Shown: in pieces, positions 52,655 through 61,846 of the stretch
Layout of the letters: every line of letters begins with the position of its first letter
How positions within the stretch are numbered: position 1 is the stretch's first letter
Assembly: GCA_963718235.1 (NCBI GenBank)
Contig: CAVQYR010000001.1
Coordinates: 224,001 to 288,000, forward strand
Source of the DNA: an uncultured Actinomycetota bacterium
Lineage (GTDB): Bacteria > Actinomycetota > Actinomycetes > JAHEKZ01
Reading direction: 5' to 3'
DNA length: 64,000 bases
Translations under genes and position numbers: made by a program
Notes under the pieces: generated by a model
What the model was told of the DNA's origin: nothing
What the model saw: only the letters and a program-made list of their open reading frames with translations
The model's database searches: none

Positions 52655-52816
52655 GTGTACGTCTGGTTGTGGAACCGCCTGCCCGGTCCGACCGCGGTGC
52701 GGGTGCTCATCGCCCTGGTCGCCGCTGCGCTCGTCGTCGTCGTGCTGTTCGGGTGGGTCTTCCCCTGGGTCGAGCCGAGACTGCCCTTCACCGACGTTAC
52801 GGTGGACCAGCCATGA
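52655..52816 (+). CDS. Small membrane protein (53 aa)
   Basis: MYVWLWNRLPGP...LFGWVFPWVEPRLPF; AAGGAGG RBS; ATGA overlap with next gene. Confidence 0.8.
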   Translation: MYVWLWNRLPGPTAVRVLIALVAAALVVVVLFGWVFPWVEPRLPFTDVTVDQP

Positions 52817-53436
52817 CCCCTCGGATCCTCGTCGTCGACAACTACGACAGCTTCGTCTACAACCTGGTCCAGTACCTGTCCCAGCTGGGCGCCCACTGCG
52901 AGGTTCGGCGCAACGACGAGGTGACGGCGGCGCAGGCCCTGGGCTTCGACGGGGTCCTGCTGAGTCCTGGGCCGGGCACTCCGGAAGAGGCCGGCGTCTG
53001 CATCGAGATCGTGCGCGCCTGTGCCGGCGCCGTCCCGGTCCTGGGGGTGTGCCTGGGTCTGCAGGCCATCGCGGTGGCGTACGGAGCGACGGTGGGCAGG
53101 GCGCCCGAGCTGTTGCACGGAAAGACGTCCCAGGTCAGGCACCACGGAGTCGGCGTGCTTTCCGGGCTGCCAGACCCGTTCACCGCGACCCGCTACCACT
53201 CGCTGGCGGTCGACCCGGCGACGGTTCCGGCCGTTCTGGAGGTCACCGGAACGACCGACGCCGACGTGATCATGGCGATGCGTCACCGCGAGCTGGCCGT
53301 CGAAGGGGTGCAGTTCCACCCGGAGTCGGTCCTCACCGAGGGCGGGCACCGCCTGCTGGCGAACTGGTTGGTCGTGTGCGGCGACACCGACGCCGTGGCC
53401 CGGTCATCCGGGCTGGCACCGGTGGTCAGCCGCTGA
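52813..53436 (+). CDS. pabA: Aminodeoxychorismate/anthranilate synthase component II (PabA/TrpG)
   Basis: DNYDSF, SPGPG, GVCLG, RYHSL, QFHPES. Confidence 0.93.
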   Translation: MTPRILVVDNYDSFVYNLVQYLSQLGAHCEVRRNDEVTAAQALGFDGVLLSPGPGTPEEAGVCIEIVRACAGAVPVLGVCLGLQAIAVAYGATVGRAPELLHGKTSQVRHHGVGVLSGLPDPFTATRYHSLAVDPATVPAVLEVTGTTDADVIMAMRHRELAVEGVQFHPESVLTEGGHRLLANWLVVCGDTDAVARSSGLAPVVSR

Positions 53437-53475
53437 CCCGAGGCGTCCTGAGCGCCGCCGGCCTGGCACCCGAGG

Positions 53476-55182
53476 TCAGGGCGAGGGGCTCGGTGAGGTC
53501 TTCGTCGGGCTGGGCGTGGGCGTGGGGGTCGGGCTGGGGCTGGGTGCCACCGCCACGCTGATCGTCACGACCGAGCCCAGGCGCAGCTCCGTTCCCTCCT
53601 CGGGACTCTGGGCGACGACCGTGCCAGGCGCCGCACTGGAGTCGACGACGTCCAGTGACTGCACCTCGAAGCCCGCGTTGGTGAGGGTCGCCGTGGCCTG
53701 GGCCTCGGTGTCCCCGACGACGCCGGGTACGGGGACCTCTCCGGTACTCACCACGAGCACCACCGACGAGCCGGCATCGACCTCAGTGCCCTCGGGCGGT
53801 CGGCTGTCGATGACCTGCCCGGCCGGCTGGTCACTGGCCCGCTGCACGAGCCGGCCGAGGACGAGGTCGGCGCCGCGGAGGGCGGCGAGGGCGTCGGACT
53901 GCGACAGGCCCACGAGCGGGGGCACCACGACCTGCTCGGGACCGCTGGAGAGAGTGAGGTCCACAGCGCTGCCCTGCTCGAGCTCGGTGTCCGGAGGCGG
54001 GTTCTGGGCCAGGACGGTGTCCTTCGGCTCCTCCGAGGGCTGCAAGGTGGTGTCGCCGACGATCAGGCCCTTGGCGTCGAGCTCGGTGGTGGCCTCCTCG
54101 ATGGTCTTTCCCCGGAGGTCGGGGACCACGACCTTGTTCTGGTCTGCTCCGAAGAGCGCGAAGGCGGCGAAGCCGAGGAGCGACAGTGCGGCGACGACGG
54201 CGATGCCGAGTGCGACGTACCACCCCGCCCGCCGCCGCGGGGCCGCCGTGCTGGCGAGAGTCGCGGTACCCACCGACGTCAGCTGCTGCGTGGGCTCGTC
54301 GGCGAGCACCGGTGGTGCCGAGACGGGGATGCCGTGCAGCGCCCGGTCGACGTCGGCCCGCATCTCGGCCGCCGTCTGGTACCGGTTCTCCGGGTTCTTG
54401 GCCAACGCCTTCATGACGATGGCGTCGACGGCCGCAGGCACGTCGGGGTCGACTGAGGAGGGAGTCGGTGGCATCTCGCGCACGTGCTGGTAGGCGACGG
54501 CGACGGGCGACTCTCCCTGGAAGGGGGGGCGCCCGATCAGCAGCTCGTACAGCAGGCAGCCCGTGGAGTACACGTCGGAGCGCGCGTCGACCGTCTCACC
54601 GCGGGCCTGCTCGGGGGACAGGTACTGCGCCGTCCCCAGGACGTTGGCCGTCTGGGTCATCGTCCCTGAGGTGTCGGCCACCGCGCGCGCGATCCCGAAG
54701 TCCATGACCTTGATCTGGCCCGGAGGGGTGACCATCACGTTGGCCGGCTTGATGTCGCGGTGCACGATGCCGTGCCGATGGCTGTAGTCGAGGGCGAGCA
54801 GGGTGCCGTCGATGATCTCCAGAGAGCGTTGTACGGTCAGCCGCTGCCCGGAGCGCATGATGTCGCGAAGCGTGCGACCGGGGACGTACTCCATCACGAT
54901 GTACGGGACCCGCGCCCCGTCGAGCAGGTCCTCGCCGGTGTCGTAGACGGCGACGATGGTCGGGGCGTTCAGCGACGCCGCCGACTGGGCCTCACGGCGG
55001 AACCTCGCCTGGAAGGTCGCGTCGCGGGCCAGGTCGGTGCGCAGCATCTTGATCGCGACCTTGCGGTTGAGCCGGGTGTCGAGGGCCTCGTGCACCTCGG
55101 CCATCCCGCCCTTGCCGAGCATCGGGCCGATCTCGTACCGCCCGCCGAGCACCGGACCCGGAGGGTCGTATCGTTCGGTCAC
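53476..55182 (-). CDS. pknB: PASTA-domain Ser/Thr kinase PknB
   Basis: LGKGGMAEV, VAIK, HRDIKPAN, DFG, SPE, TM, three PASTA repeats. Confidence 0.96.
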   Translation of the reverse strand: MTERYDPPGPVLGGRYEIGPMLGKGGMAEVHEALDTRLNRKVAIKMLRTDLARDATFQARFRREAQSAASLNAPTIVAVYDTGEDLLDGARVPYIVMEYVPGRTLRDIMRSGQRLTVQRSLEIIDGTLLALDYSHRHGIVHRDIKPANVMVTPPGQIKVMDFGIARAVADTSGTMTQTANVLGTAQYLSPEQARGETVDARSDVYSTGCLLYELLIGRPPFQGESPVAVAYQHVREMPPTPSSVDPDVPAAVDAIVMKALAKNPENRYQTAAEMRADVDRALHGIPVSAPPVLADEPTQQLTSVGTATLASTAAPRRRAGWYVALGIAVVAALSLLGFAAFALFGADQNKVVVPDLRGKTIEEATTELDAKGLIVGDTTLQPSEEPKDTVLAQNPPPDTELEQGSAVDLTLSSGPEQVVVPPLVGLSQSDALAALRGADLVLGRLVQRASDQPAGQVIDSRPPEGTEVDAGSSVVLVVSTGEVPVPGVVGDTEAQATATLTNAGFEVQSLDVVDSSAAPGTVVAQSPEEGTELRLGSVVTISVAVAPSPSPTPTPTPSPTKTSPSPSP

Positions 55183-56618
55183 TGCAACACCGCCTCCATG
55201 ACTGCTCGCGCGATGGGCGCCGCCACCGTGCCTCCCGTTGCCTCGTCGCCCTGCTCGCCGCCGTTCTCGACGAGGACGGCGACGGCCACCTCCGGGTCCT
55301 CGGCCGGGGCGAAGGCCATGAACCACACGTGGGGTGGCCGGTCTCCGTCTTGGGCCGTCCCCGTCTTGCCGGCCACGGTCACACCGGGAATCGCGGCATT
55401 GCCGCCGGTTCCGTCGGTCACCACCGCAACCATCATGTCGCTGAGCTCGGCGGCCACCGTGGGCGACACGGCCTCGGAGAAGACTTCTGGCTCGGTGGCC
55501 GACAGCACGGACAGGTCCGGCGCCTGCTCCTGGGCGACGAGGTAAGGCTGCATCACGACTCCCTCGTTGGCCACGCCCGAGGCCACCAGGGCCATCTGCA
55601 GGACCGTGGAGCGCACGTCGAACTGGCCGATCGCTGACTGAGCGGTCTGAGGGGGGTCGAGGTCCTTGGGGAACACGCTCGGGACGACGGGCAGCGGGAT
55701 CGTGAACGCCTGGTTGAACCCGAACGCCTCGGCCTGCTTGCGCAGTGCGTCGTCGCCGAGGTCGAGGCCGATCCCCGCGAACGCGGTGTTGCAGGAGATG
55801 GCCAGGGCCTGCGTCAGCGTGGCGGTGCCCCCGAAGCAGGGCAGGCCGTCGTAGTTGCCGATGACCCTGTCGGTCTGGGGCAGGTCGAGCACGGCGGGTG
55901 CGGGCACCTTGGTCGCGGGGCTGTACCGACCGCTCGACAAGGCGGCCGCGGCCACGACCACCTTGAACAAGGAGCCGGGCGGGTAGGTCTGCTGGATGGG
56001 TCGGTCGAGGAGCGGGTCGGCCGGGTCCGACTCGAGCCGGTCGTAGGTCTTGGACACGACCGACGGGTCGTGGGAGGCCAGCGGGTTCGGGTCGAACGAG
56101 GGCGACGTCGCCAGCGCGAGGACGGCTCCGGTGCGCGGGTTGAGCGCGACGACGGCGCCCTGCTGTCCGGCGAGCCCCTCGAAGGCGGCGCGCTGGGCGT
56201 CGCTGTCCAAGGTGAGGACCACGTTGCCGCCTTGGGGCTGGCGGCCGGTGAACAGGTTGGTCAGCCGGTCGACGAACAGCCGGTCGTCACTGCCGGAGAG
56301 CAGCGCGTTCTCGGTCTTCTCGATTCCGGTGGCGCCGTACAGCGAGTAGTAGCCGGTCGCCGCGGCGAAGACCTCGCCGTCGGTGTACACGCGTTGGTAC
56401 CTCAGCCGTCCGTCGGTGGCCACGCTCTTGGCGACGGCCCGTCGGCCCACGAGGATCGATCCGCGCTGGTGGTCGTACTCCTCGATGACGAGCCGGGTGT
56501 TGGCGTCGCGGTTGCGCAGCTCGTCGTCGCGGAGGACCGCGATCACGTTGACGTTGATGAGCAGGGCCCCGAACATCAGCGCCAGCACCAGCGCGGTGCG
56601 CCGGATCGTGCCGTTCAC
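55179..56618 (-). CDS. pbpA: Class B penicillin-binding protein PbpA
   Basis: PGSLFK, SCN, KTGTAQ. Confidence 0.95.
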   Translation of the reverse strand: MNGTIRRTALVLALMFGALLINVNVIAVLRDDELRNRDANTRLVIEEYDHQRGSILVGRRAVAKSVATDGRLRYQRVYTDGEVFAAATGYYSLYGATGIEKTENALLSGSDDRLFVDRLTNLFTGRQPQGGNVVLTLDSDAQRAAFEGLAGQQGAVVALNPRTGAVLALATSPSFDPNPLASHDPSVVSKTYDRLESDPADPLLDRPIQQTYPPGSLFKVVVAAAALSSGRYSPATKVPAPAVLDLPQTDRVIGNYDGLPCFGGTATLTQALAISCNTAFAGIGLDLGDDALRKQAEAFGFNQAFTIPLPVVPSVFPKDLDPPQTAQSAIGQFDVRSTVLQMALVASGVANEGVVMQPYLVAQEQAPDLSVLSATEPEVFSEAVSPTVAAELSDMMVAVVTDGTGGNAAIPGVTVAGKTGTAQDGDRPPHVWFMAFAPAEDPEVAVAVLVENGGEQGDEATGGTVAAPIARAVMEAVLQ

Positions 56619-58030
56619 CGAGTGCCCGCCTGGGCCGGACCGGGCTCGTCGGTCGCCGGAGTGACGGGCCGCCGGGCGTTGTCGCTGACCCGCAGGAGCA
56701 GAGCGACCAGTGCCCAGTTGGCGACGAGGGACGACCCCCCGTAGCTGAGGAACGGAGTAGTGAGTCCGGTGAGTGGGATGAGCTTCGTGACGCCACCGAC
56801 GACCACGAACACCTGGATGCCGACCGCGATTGAAAGCCCGGCGGCGAGCAGCTTGCCGAACCCGTCACGGACCGCGACGGCTGTGCGCAGCCCTCGCTCC
56901 ACGATGACGGCGTACAGCACCAGGATCGCCATCAGACCGGTGAGGCCGATCTCCTCGGCGAAGGCAGCGGCGATGAAGTCGGTCTTGGCGAAGGGGACGA
57001 AGTCGGGGTGACCCTGACCGAGGCCTACGCCCAGAATGCCTCCGCTGGCGATGCCGTAGAGGCTCTGCGCGATCTGGTAGCCGGAGTCGGCCTCGTCGGC
57101 GAAGGGGTCGAGCCAGATCCCGACCCGCAGCTGGACGTGGGGGAACAGCTGGTAGGCGATGAACGCCCCCGCCGAGAAGAGCGCGGCTCCGATGAACAAC
57201 CACGAACGACGTTCGGTGGCGATGTAGAGCATGGCCACGAACAGACCGAAGAACAGCAGGGAAGTGCCCAGGTCCCGCTCGAAGACGAGCACACCCAGGC
57301 TGGCCGCCCAGGCGAGCAGGATCGGCCCGAGGTCGCGTCCGCGGGGTAGGTCGATCCCGAGGAACCGGGTGCGGGCCAGCGCCAGCACGTCTCGCTTGCT
57401 CACGAGGTAGCCGGCGAAGAAGACGATCAGCGCGAGCTTGGCCACCTCGGCCGGCTGGAACGACACGTTGCTCGGGCCGATGGGCAGCCGAACCCAGATC
57501 CTGGCGTCGTTGATCTCGATCCCCAGGCCGGGGACTAACGGCAGCACCAGGAGCAGCAGCCCGATGAGGCCGGCTGTGTACGTGTACCTCTGGAGCAGGC
57601 GGTGGTCACGGACCGCGAGCAGGACCAGGACGAACAAGGTGATGCCGAGCGCGGTCCAGCCCAGCTGGGCCACGAAGTCCGGCTCCGGCGTCCCGTTGCC
57701 CGACCCCTCGGCCAGGTCGAGCCGGTGGATCATGACCAGGCCGAGCGCGTTGAGCAGCCCGACCGTGGGCAGCAGCACGGGGTCTGCGTACGGGGCCAGT
57801 CGACGAAGGGCGAGGTGCCCACCGAGCAGCCCCACTCCGAGGACCACGACGAACTGGGTGAACTCGGGGCTGAGCCCGTCGAGCAGCACGAGATCGACCT
57901 GGGCGAAGGCCATCAGCCCGATCGCGTAGGCGAAGACGGTCAGGAGCAGCTCGAGGTTGCGGCGGTTGCGCGGTGGTCGGCGGGTCACGGTCGCCGTCGG
58001 TGCTGCGGTGACGCCGGAGGGAGCGCTCAC
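56615..58030 (-). CDS. rodA: SEDS protein RodA
   Basis: QPAEVAK, RDLG, TDFI, IPLTGLTTPFLSYGGSS. Confidence 0.95.
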   Translation of the reverse strand: MSAPSGVTAAPTATVTRRPPRNRRNLELLLTVFAYAIGLMAFAQVDLVLLDGLSPEFTQFVVVLGVGLLGGHLALRRLAPYADPVLLPTVGLLNALGLVMIHRLDLAEGSGNGTPEPDFVAQLGWTALGITLFVLVLLAVRDHRLLQRYTYTAGLIGLLLLVLPLVPGLGIEINDARIWVRLPIGPSNVSFQPAEVAKLALIVFFAGYLVSKRDVLALARTRFLGIDLPRGRDLGPILLAWAASLGVLVFERDLGTSLLFFGLFVAMLYIATERRSWLFIGAALFSAGAFIAYQLFPHVQLRVGIWLDPFADEADSGYQIAQSLYGIASGGILGVGLGQGHPDFVPFAKTDFIAAAFAEEIGLTGLMAILVLYAVIVERGLRTAVAVRDGFGKLLAAGLSIAVGIQVFVVVGGVTKLIPLTGLTTPFLSYGGSSLVANWALVALLLRVSDNARRPVTPATDEPGPAQAGTR

Positions 58031-59268
58031 GGTGACTCCGGGCAGCCCGAGGGCGGCTTCTCGCTCTGGCAGGCCAGGGCCTCGTCGCGCAGCCGCTGCA
58101 CGATCTCGTCGGCGTCCTGCAGGCTTCGGGCCGGAATGGTGTCCAGCACCTCCTGCTGCTCGAACTCCGGCAGGTCGGCCAGGGCGATGTCGGTGTCGGT
58201 GACCACGCTGGAGACGTCGATCCCGAACAACGCCTCGGCCGGACCGCGGTACACCGCCACGGTGCTGGACGTTCCCGTGTCGTGGGCGCCCACGAAGTAC
58301 TGCTGCTGGGCCCACGTGTACCAGCCGAAGCCGGCCCCCACGGCGATCCCGACCAGGAGCATGCCCAGGGCGACCAGCCAGACGACCCGGCGGCGGATCA
58401 CCGGCTTGCGGACCGGGGCACCGGTCGGCTCGTCGGAGGGCCGCAGCTGGGCGGCGCGCGCGGCGGGGGTGTCGGGAAGGCGCAGTCGGCGGGCGGACTT
58501 GGCCAGGCTGACCGCACCCACGGCGGTGGGTGCGGGTGCTTCGACCGCCTCGTCGACGACCTCCCCCACGACGCACGTGATGTTGTCCGGCCCGCCCGCA
58601 CGCAGGGCCAGGGCGATCAGGGCCGAGGCAGCCTCTTGCGGGTCGGGGGACTCGCGCAGCAGCTCGGCCATGGTGTCCTGCGTCACCACTCCGGACAGGC
58701 CGTCGCTGCAGAGCAGCAGCCGGTCCCCCGCGCGCAGCTCGCGGACCGACAGGTCCGGCTCGACGACGTGCGACCCGTCGAGCACCCGGGTCACGATGTT
58801 GCGCTGCGGATGGTTGCGTGCCTCCTGCTCGGTGAGCCGACCGCTGTCGATCAGGCTCTGGACCAGGGTGTGGTCGTGGGTGATCTGCTGCAGCTCGCCG
58901 TCGCGCATGAGGTAGGCGCGGGAGTCCCCGATGTGCAGCATGGCGAGCCGGCTGCCCGAGCGCAGCATCACGATGAGCGTCGTGCCCATGCCCTGGAGTC
59001 CAGGCTCGGCCTCGACGAGTGCGCTCAGCTGGTCCTGGGCCCGGCTGAGCGCATGCCGCAGGGCGGCCAGGAGATCTCCCTGGAGGTCGTCGTCGTCCAG
59101 TGCGACGAATGCCGCCACCGCGACCGAGCTGGCCACCTCGCCCGCAGCGGCCCCGCCCATGCCGTCGGCGACGGCGAGAAGGTGCGGGCCGGCATACCCG
59201 GAGTCCTCGTTGCCGTCGCGCAGGAGTCCGACGTCGGAGCGCGCGGCGAAGCGCAGGGCCAGGGCCAT
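58027..59268 (-). CDS. pstP: PP2C Ser/Thr phosphatase PstP
   Basis: NEDS, VADGMGG, GDSRAY, CSDGL, GGPDNIT, TM. Confidence 0.95.
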   Translation of the reverse strand: MALALRFAARSDVGLLRDGNEDSGYAGPHLLAVADGMGGAAAGEVASSVAVAAFVALDDDDLQGDLLAALRHALSRAQDQLSALVEAEPGLQGMGTTLIVMLRSGSRLAMLHIGDSRAYLMRDGELQQITHDHTLVQSLIDSGRLTEQEARNHPQRNIVTRVLDGSHVVEPDLSVRELRAGDRLLLCSDGLSGVVTQDTMAELLRESPDPQEAASALIALALRAGGPDNITCVVGEVVDEAVEAPAPTAVGAVSLAKSARRLRLPDTPAARAAQLRPSDEPTGAPVRKPVIRRRVVWLVALGMLLVGIAVGAGFGWYTWAQQQYFVGAHDTGTSSTVAVYRGPAEALFGIDVSSVVTDTDIALADLPEFEQQEVLDTIPARSLQDADEIVQRLRDEALACQSEKPPSGCPESP

Positions 59269-59270
59269 GG

Positions 59271-59741
59271 CTACTTCCGCAGCTCGATCACGGTCTTGCC
59301 GATCCGCACGGGGGTGCCGAGCGGGATGACGGTGGGTCCTGTGACGCGGGTGCGGTCCAGGAACGTGCCGTTGGTCGATCCCATGTCCTCGACGACCCAG
59401 GTGCCCTCGCGCGGGGCGATCCGCGCGTGGCGGTTGGAGGCGTAGTCGTCGTCGAGCACCAATGTGCAGTCACCGGACCGGCCCAGGGTCACCGGCTGGT
59501 CGGACAGCGTCAGCTCGGTGCCGGTGAGCGAGCCCTCGACCACGACGAGCGACCGGGCCACCCCACGGCGCTGCTTGGGGGGCTTGGCCGCCTTGGGGGT
59601 CTTCGTACGCGACGCGGGGGCCCGCTGGCTCACCCGCTGCCCGAAGAGGTCGGTGCGCATGACCGCTGCGACCGTGAGCACGAAGGCCCACAGCACCGCG
59701 AGGAATCCCATGCGAATGACCGTGAGGGTGAGCTCGGACAC
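59271..59741 (-). CDS. fhaB: FHA domain protein FhaB/FipA
   Basis: N-terminal TM; GR..S.RHA..GSTNGT. Confidence 0.93.
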   Translation of the reverse strand: MSELTLTVIRMGFLAVLWAFVLTVAAVMRTDLFGQRVSQRAPASRTKTPKAAKPPKQRRGVARSLVVVEGSLTGTELTLSDQPVTLGRSGDCTLVLDDDYASNRHARIAPREGTWVVEDMGSTNGTFLDRTRVTGPTVIPLGTPVRIGKTVIELRK

Positions 59742-59745
59742 CCGG

Positions 59746-60417
59746 TCACGCCCCGTACCGGAAGGTGGCCTTTGTGGTACCGAGCACGATCACGCTGCCG
59801 TCGGCGAGCTCGGCCTGGTCGACCCGAGCACCGTCGACCGTCGTCCCGTTGGTCGACCCGAGGTCCTCGATCGTGGGGACCGGCCGCAGGTTGATGGTCG
59901 CGTGCCGGCGCGAAACCCCGGGGTCGTCGATCCGGACGTCGGCCTCGCTGCCGCGGCCGATCAGGCAGCGGTCGCGCAGCAGGGGGTACGGGGTACCGGC
60001 GATCTCGAGCCGCACGTGCGGCAGGAGCGGCTCCTGCGGCTGGGGCCCGGCGACGGCCTCACTGCGGATGCGGAAGACCCCGGTCTCCAGTGCGTCGTCG
60101 CGCACCAGCTCGATGCCGACCGGACCGACGAGTGCGTAGCCCTGCTCGCCGGCATGCTCGCGGACCATCCCGGCCAGCTCGTCGGTGAGCGGCTGCGCGT
60201 AGCCGGCGAGCCGGTCGTGGTCTCGGGCGCCGAGCTCGACGGTGAAGACGTTGGGCACGATCGTGCGTCCGCGCGCGACCAGGGCCGCCTTGTCGTCGCA
60301 CTCCCGCTGCAGCGCGCTGGCGATCTCGATCGGCTGCACCTCGGCCTTGAACGCCCGGGCGAAGGCGCCGTTCACCATCCGGTCGAGGCGTCGCTCGAAC
60401 CGGTCGAGGACACCCAC
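59746..60417 (-). CDS. fhaA: DUF3662-FHA domain protein FhaA
   Basis: LDRFERRL...VQPIEI; GR..VSRRHA..GSTNGT; start GTG 60417 behind GGAGG. Confidence 0.93.
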   Translation of the reverse strand: MGVLDRFERRLDRMVNGAFARAFKAEVQPIEIASALQRECDDKAALVARGRTIVPNVFTVELGARDHDRLAGYAQPLTDELAGMVREHAGEQGYALVGPVGIELVRDDALETGVFRIRSEAVAGPQPQEPLLPHVRLEIAGTPYPLLRDRCLIGRGSEADVRIDDPGVSRRHATINLRPVPTIEDLGSTNGTTVDGARVDQAELADGSVIVLGTTKATFRYGA

Positions 60418-60516
60418 ACCTGCCTCCTGAACGTCGTCGGCCCAGGGCCGTCGACCCTGACCAACGATCGTAACGGTCGGTGCCCACGGTGATAGCCTTT
60501 GCGGGCTCGGAGTCAC

Positions 60517-60600
60517 GCGCGAGTGGCGGAATAGGCAGACGCGCACGGTTCAGGTCCGTGTGCCCGAAAGGGCATGGGGGTTCAACTCCCCCCTCGCGCA
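60517..60600 (+). tRNA. tRNA-Leu(CAG)
   Basis: Acceptor GCGCGAG/CTCGCGC; CACGG-TTCAGGT-CCGTG; long variable arm GCCC-GAAA-GGGC; CCA not encoded. Confidence 0.97.
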
Positions 60601-60604
60601 CCCA

Positions 60605-60642
60605 CGGTAGGCCCCGACCCGCTTCTCGGTCGGGGCCTACCG
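60605..60642 (+). terminator. 15-bp perfect hairpin after tRNA-Leu
   Basis: CGGTAGGCCCCGACC / GGTCGGGGCCTACCG with 8-nt loop. Confidence 0.75.
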
Positions 60643-60745
60643 CTGATGCACCCGAGGTGGACAGACGGGGCTGCAACGAGTGACCTTCGGCGCTACCGAG
60701 GGTCGACCCGTTCCGCTGCAATGGAGGTGCAGGAGGCGCAGCGCC

Positions 60746-61816
60746 ATGATGTCCGCGACCGGTGCCCGAGGCACGATCCATGAACCGTTCGACCCCGATC
60801 GCCACTTCATCGACACCCAGGATCTGGGCCCGGAGCGGATCAGGGAGCAGTTACGGCTCATCGAGCTGCTCAAGGACGCCGATCGCCGACACGCCTGCCC
60901 CGAGCTGCTGGTCGACGCCAGTCTGGGCATGATCTTCGAGGAGGCATCAACCCGAACCCGGGTCTCCTTCGAGGTCGCGATGACCCGTCTGGGCGGACAC
61001 GCCCTCTACCTGAAGCCAGGCGAGATCCACCTCGGGCAGAAGGAGAACATCTCCGACACCGCGCGGGTGCTGTCGCGCATGGTGGATGCCGTGGAGATCC
61101 GCGCGCTCCACCACGACACCGTGAAGTCGTTCGCGCGCTACGCCACGGTGCCGGTCATCAACGGTCTCACCGACTACAACCACCCGACGCAGGCGCTGTG
61201 CGATGCCTTCACCATGATCGAGCACAAGCAGCCCGATCAGCCTTTCGACGACCTCACCGTGGTCTTCGTGGGCGATGCCACCAACGTGTGCACCTCCACG
61301 GCGATGATCGTCACGATGCTCGGCGGCACGTTCATCCATGCCCGTCCGACGCAGTACTCCATCGAGGTGCAGTGGCCGTCGGTGGTCGACGAGGTCAAAC
61401 GCAACGAGGATCTCTACGGCGGTCGCTATCTGGCGACGGAGGACGTCGAGGACGCCGTGCGCGACGCCGACTTCGTCTACACGGACCTGTGGTGGTGGTT
61501 CGGGCAGGAGGACGAGATCCCCGACCGGGTTGCGGCATTCAAGCCGCGCTACCAGGTCACACCCGAGCTGCTCGCCCGAGCTCCTGAGCACGTGAAGTTC
61601 ATGCACTGTCTACCCGCGTCACGCGGTGTTGAGGCCACTGATGACGTCATGGACGGACCGCACTCGATCATCTACGACCAGTCGGAGAACCGGCTGCACA
61701 CCGAGAAGGGGCTGCTCGCCTGGTACGTCTACCCGCGGTTGGAGCGGGCGACGCCGTCGGTGAGGGCCCTGCACGAAGCCCGCGTCCAGGACTACCTCGC
61801 CGAGGTACGCCTCTGA
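60746..61816 (+). CDS. Carbamoyltransferase, probably putrescine carbamoyltransferase
   Basis: STRT, HPTQ, HCLP; no OTC SMG loop; adjacent to agmatine deiminase. Confidence 0.82.
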   Translation: MMSATGARGTIHEPFDPDRHFIDTQDLGPERIREQLRLIELLKDADRRHACPELLVDASLGMIFEEASTRTRVSFEVAMTRLGGHALYLKPGEIHLGQKENISDTARVLSRMVDAVEIRALHHDTVKSFARYATVPVINGLTDYNHPTQALCDAFTMIEHKQPDQPFDDLTVVFVGDATNVCTSTAMIVTMLGGTFIHARPTQYSIEVQWPSVVDEVKRNEDLYGGRYLATEDVEDAVRDADFVYTDLWWWFGQEDEIPDRVAAFKPRYQVTPELLARAPEHVKFMHCLPASRGVEATDDVMDGPHSIIYDQSENRLHTEKGLLAWYVYPRLERATPSVRALHEARVQDYLAEVRL

Positions 61817-61846
61817 CGGATCTGTTCGACCTCGGAGGAGGTCATC

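Noticed and set aside
53409-53480. Imperfect direct repeat (GGGCTGGCACCGGTGGTCAG / GGCCTGGCACCCGAGGTCAG) between pabA and pknB ends
   Set aside because: Only two degenerate copies; no transposase or target-site structure
45372-60642. Prophage or ICE integration at the tRNA genes
   Set aside because: No integrase and no duplicated tRNA 3' end seen within the window
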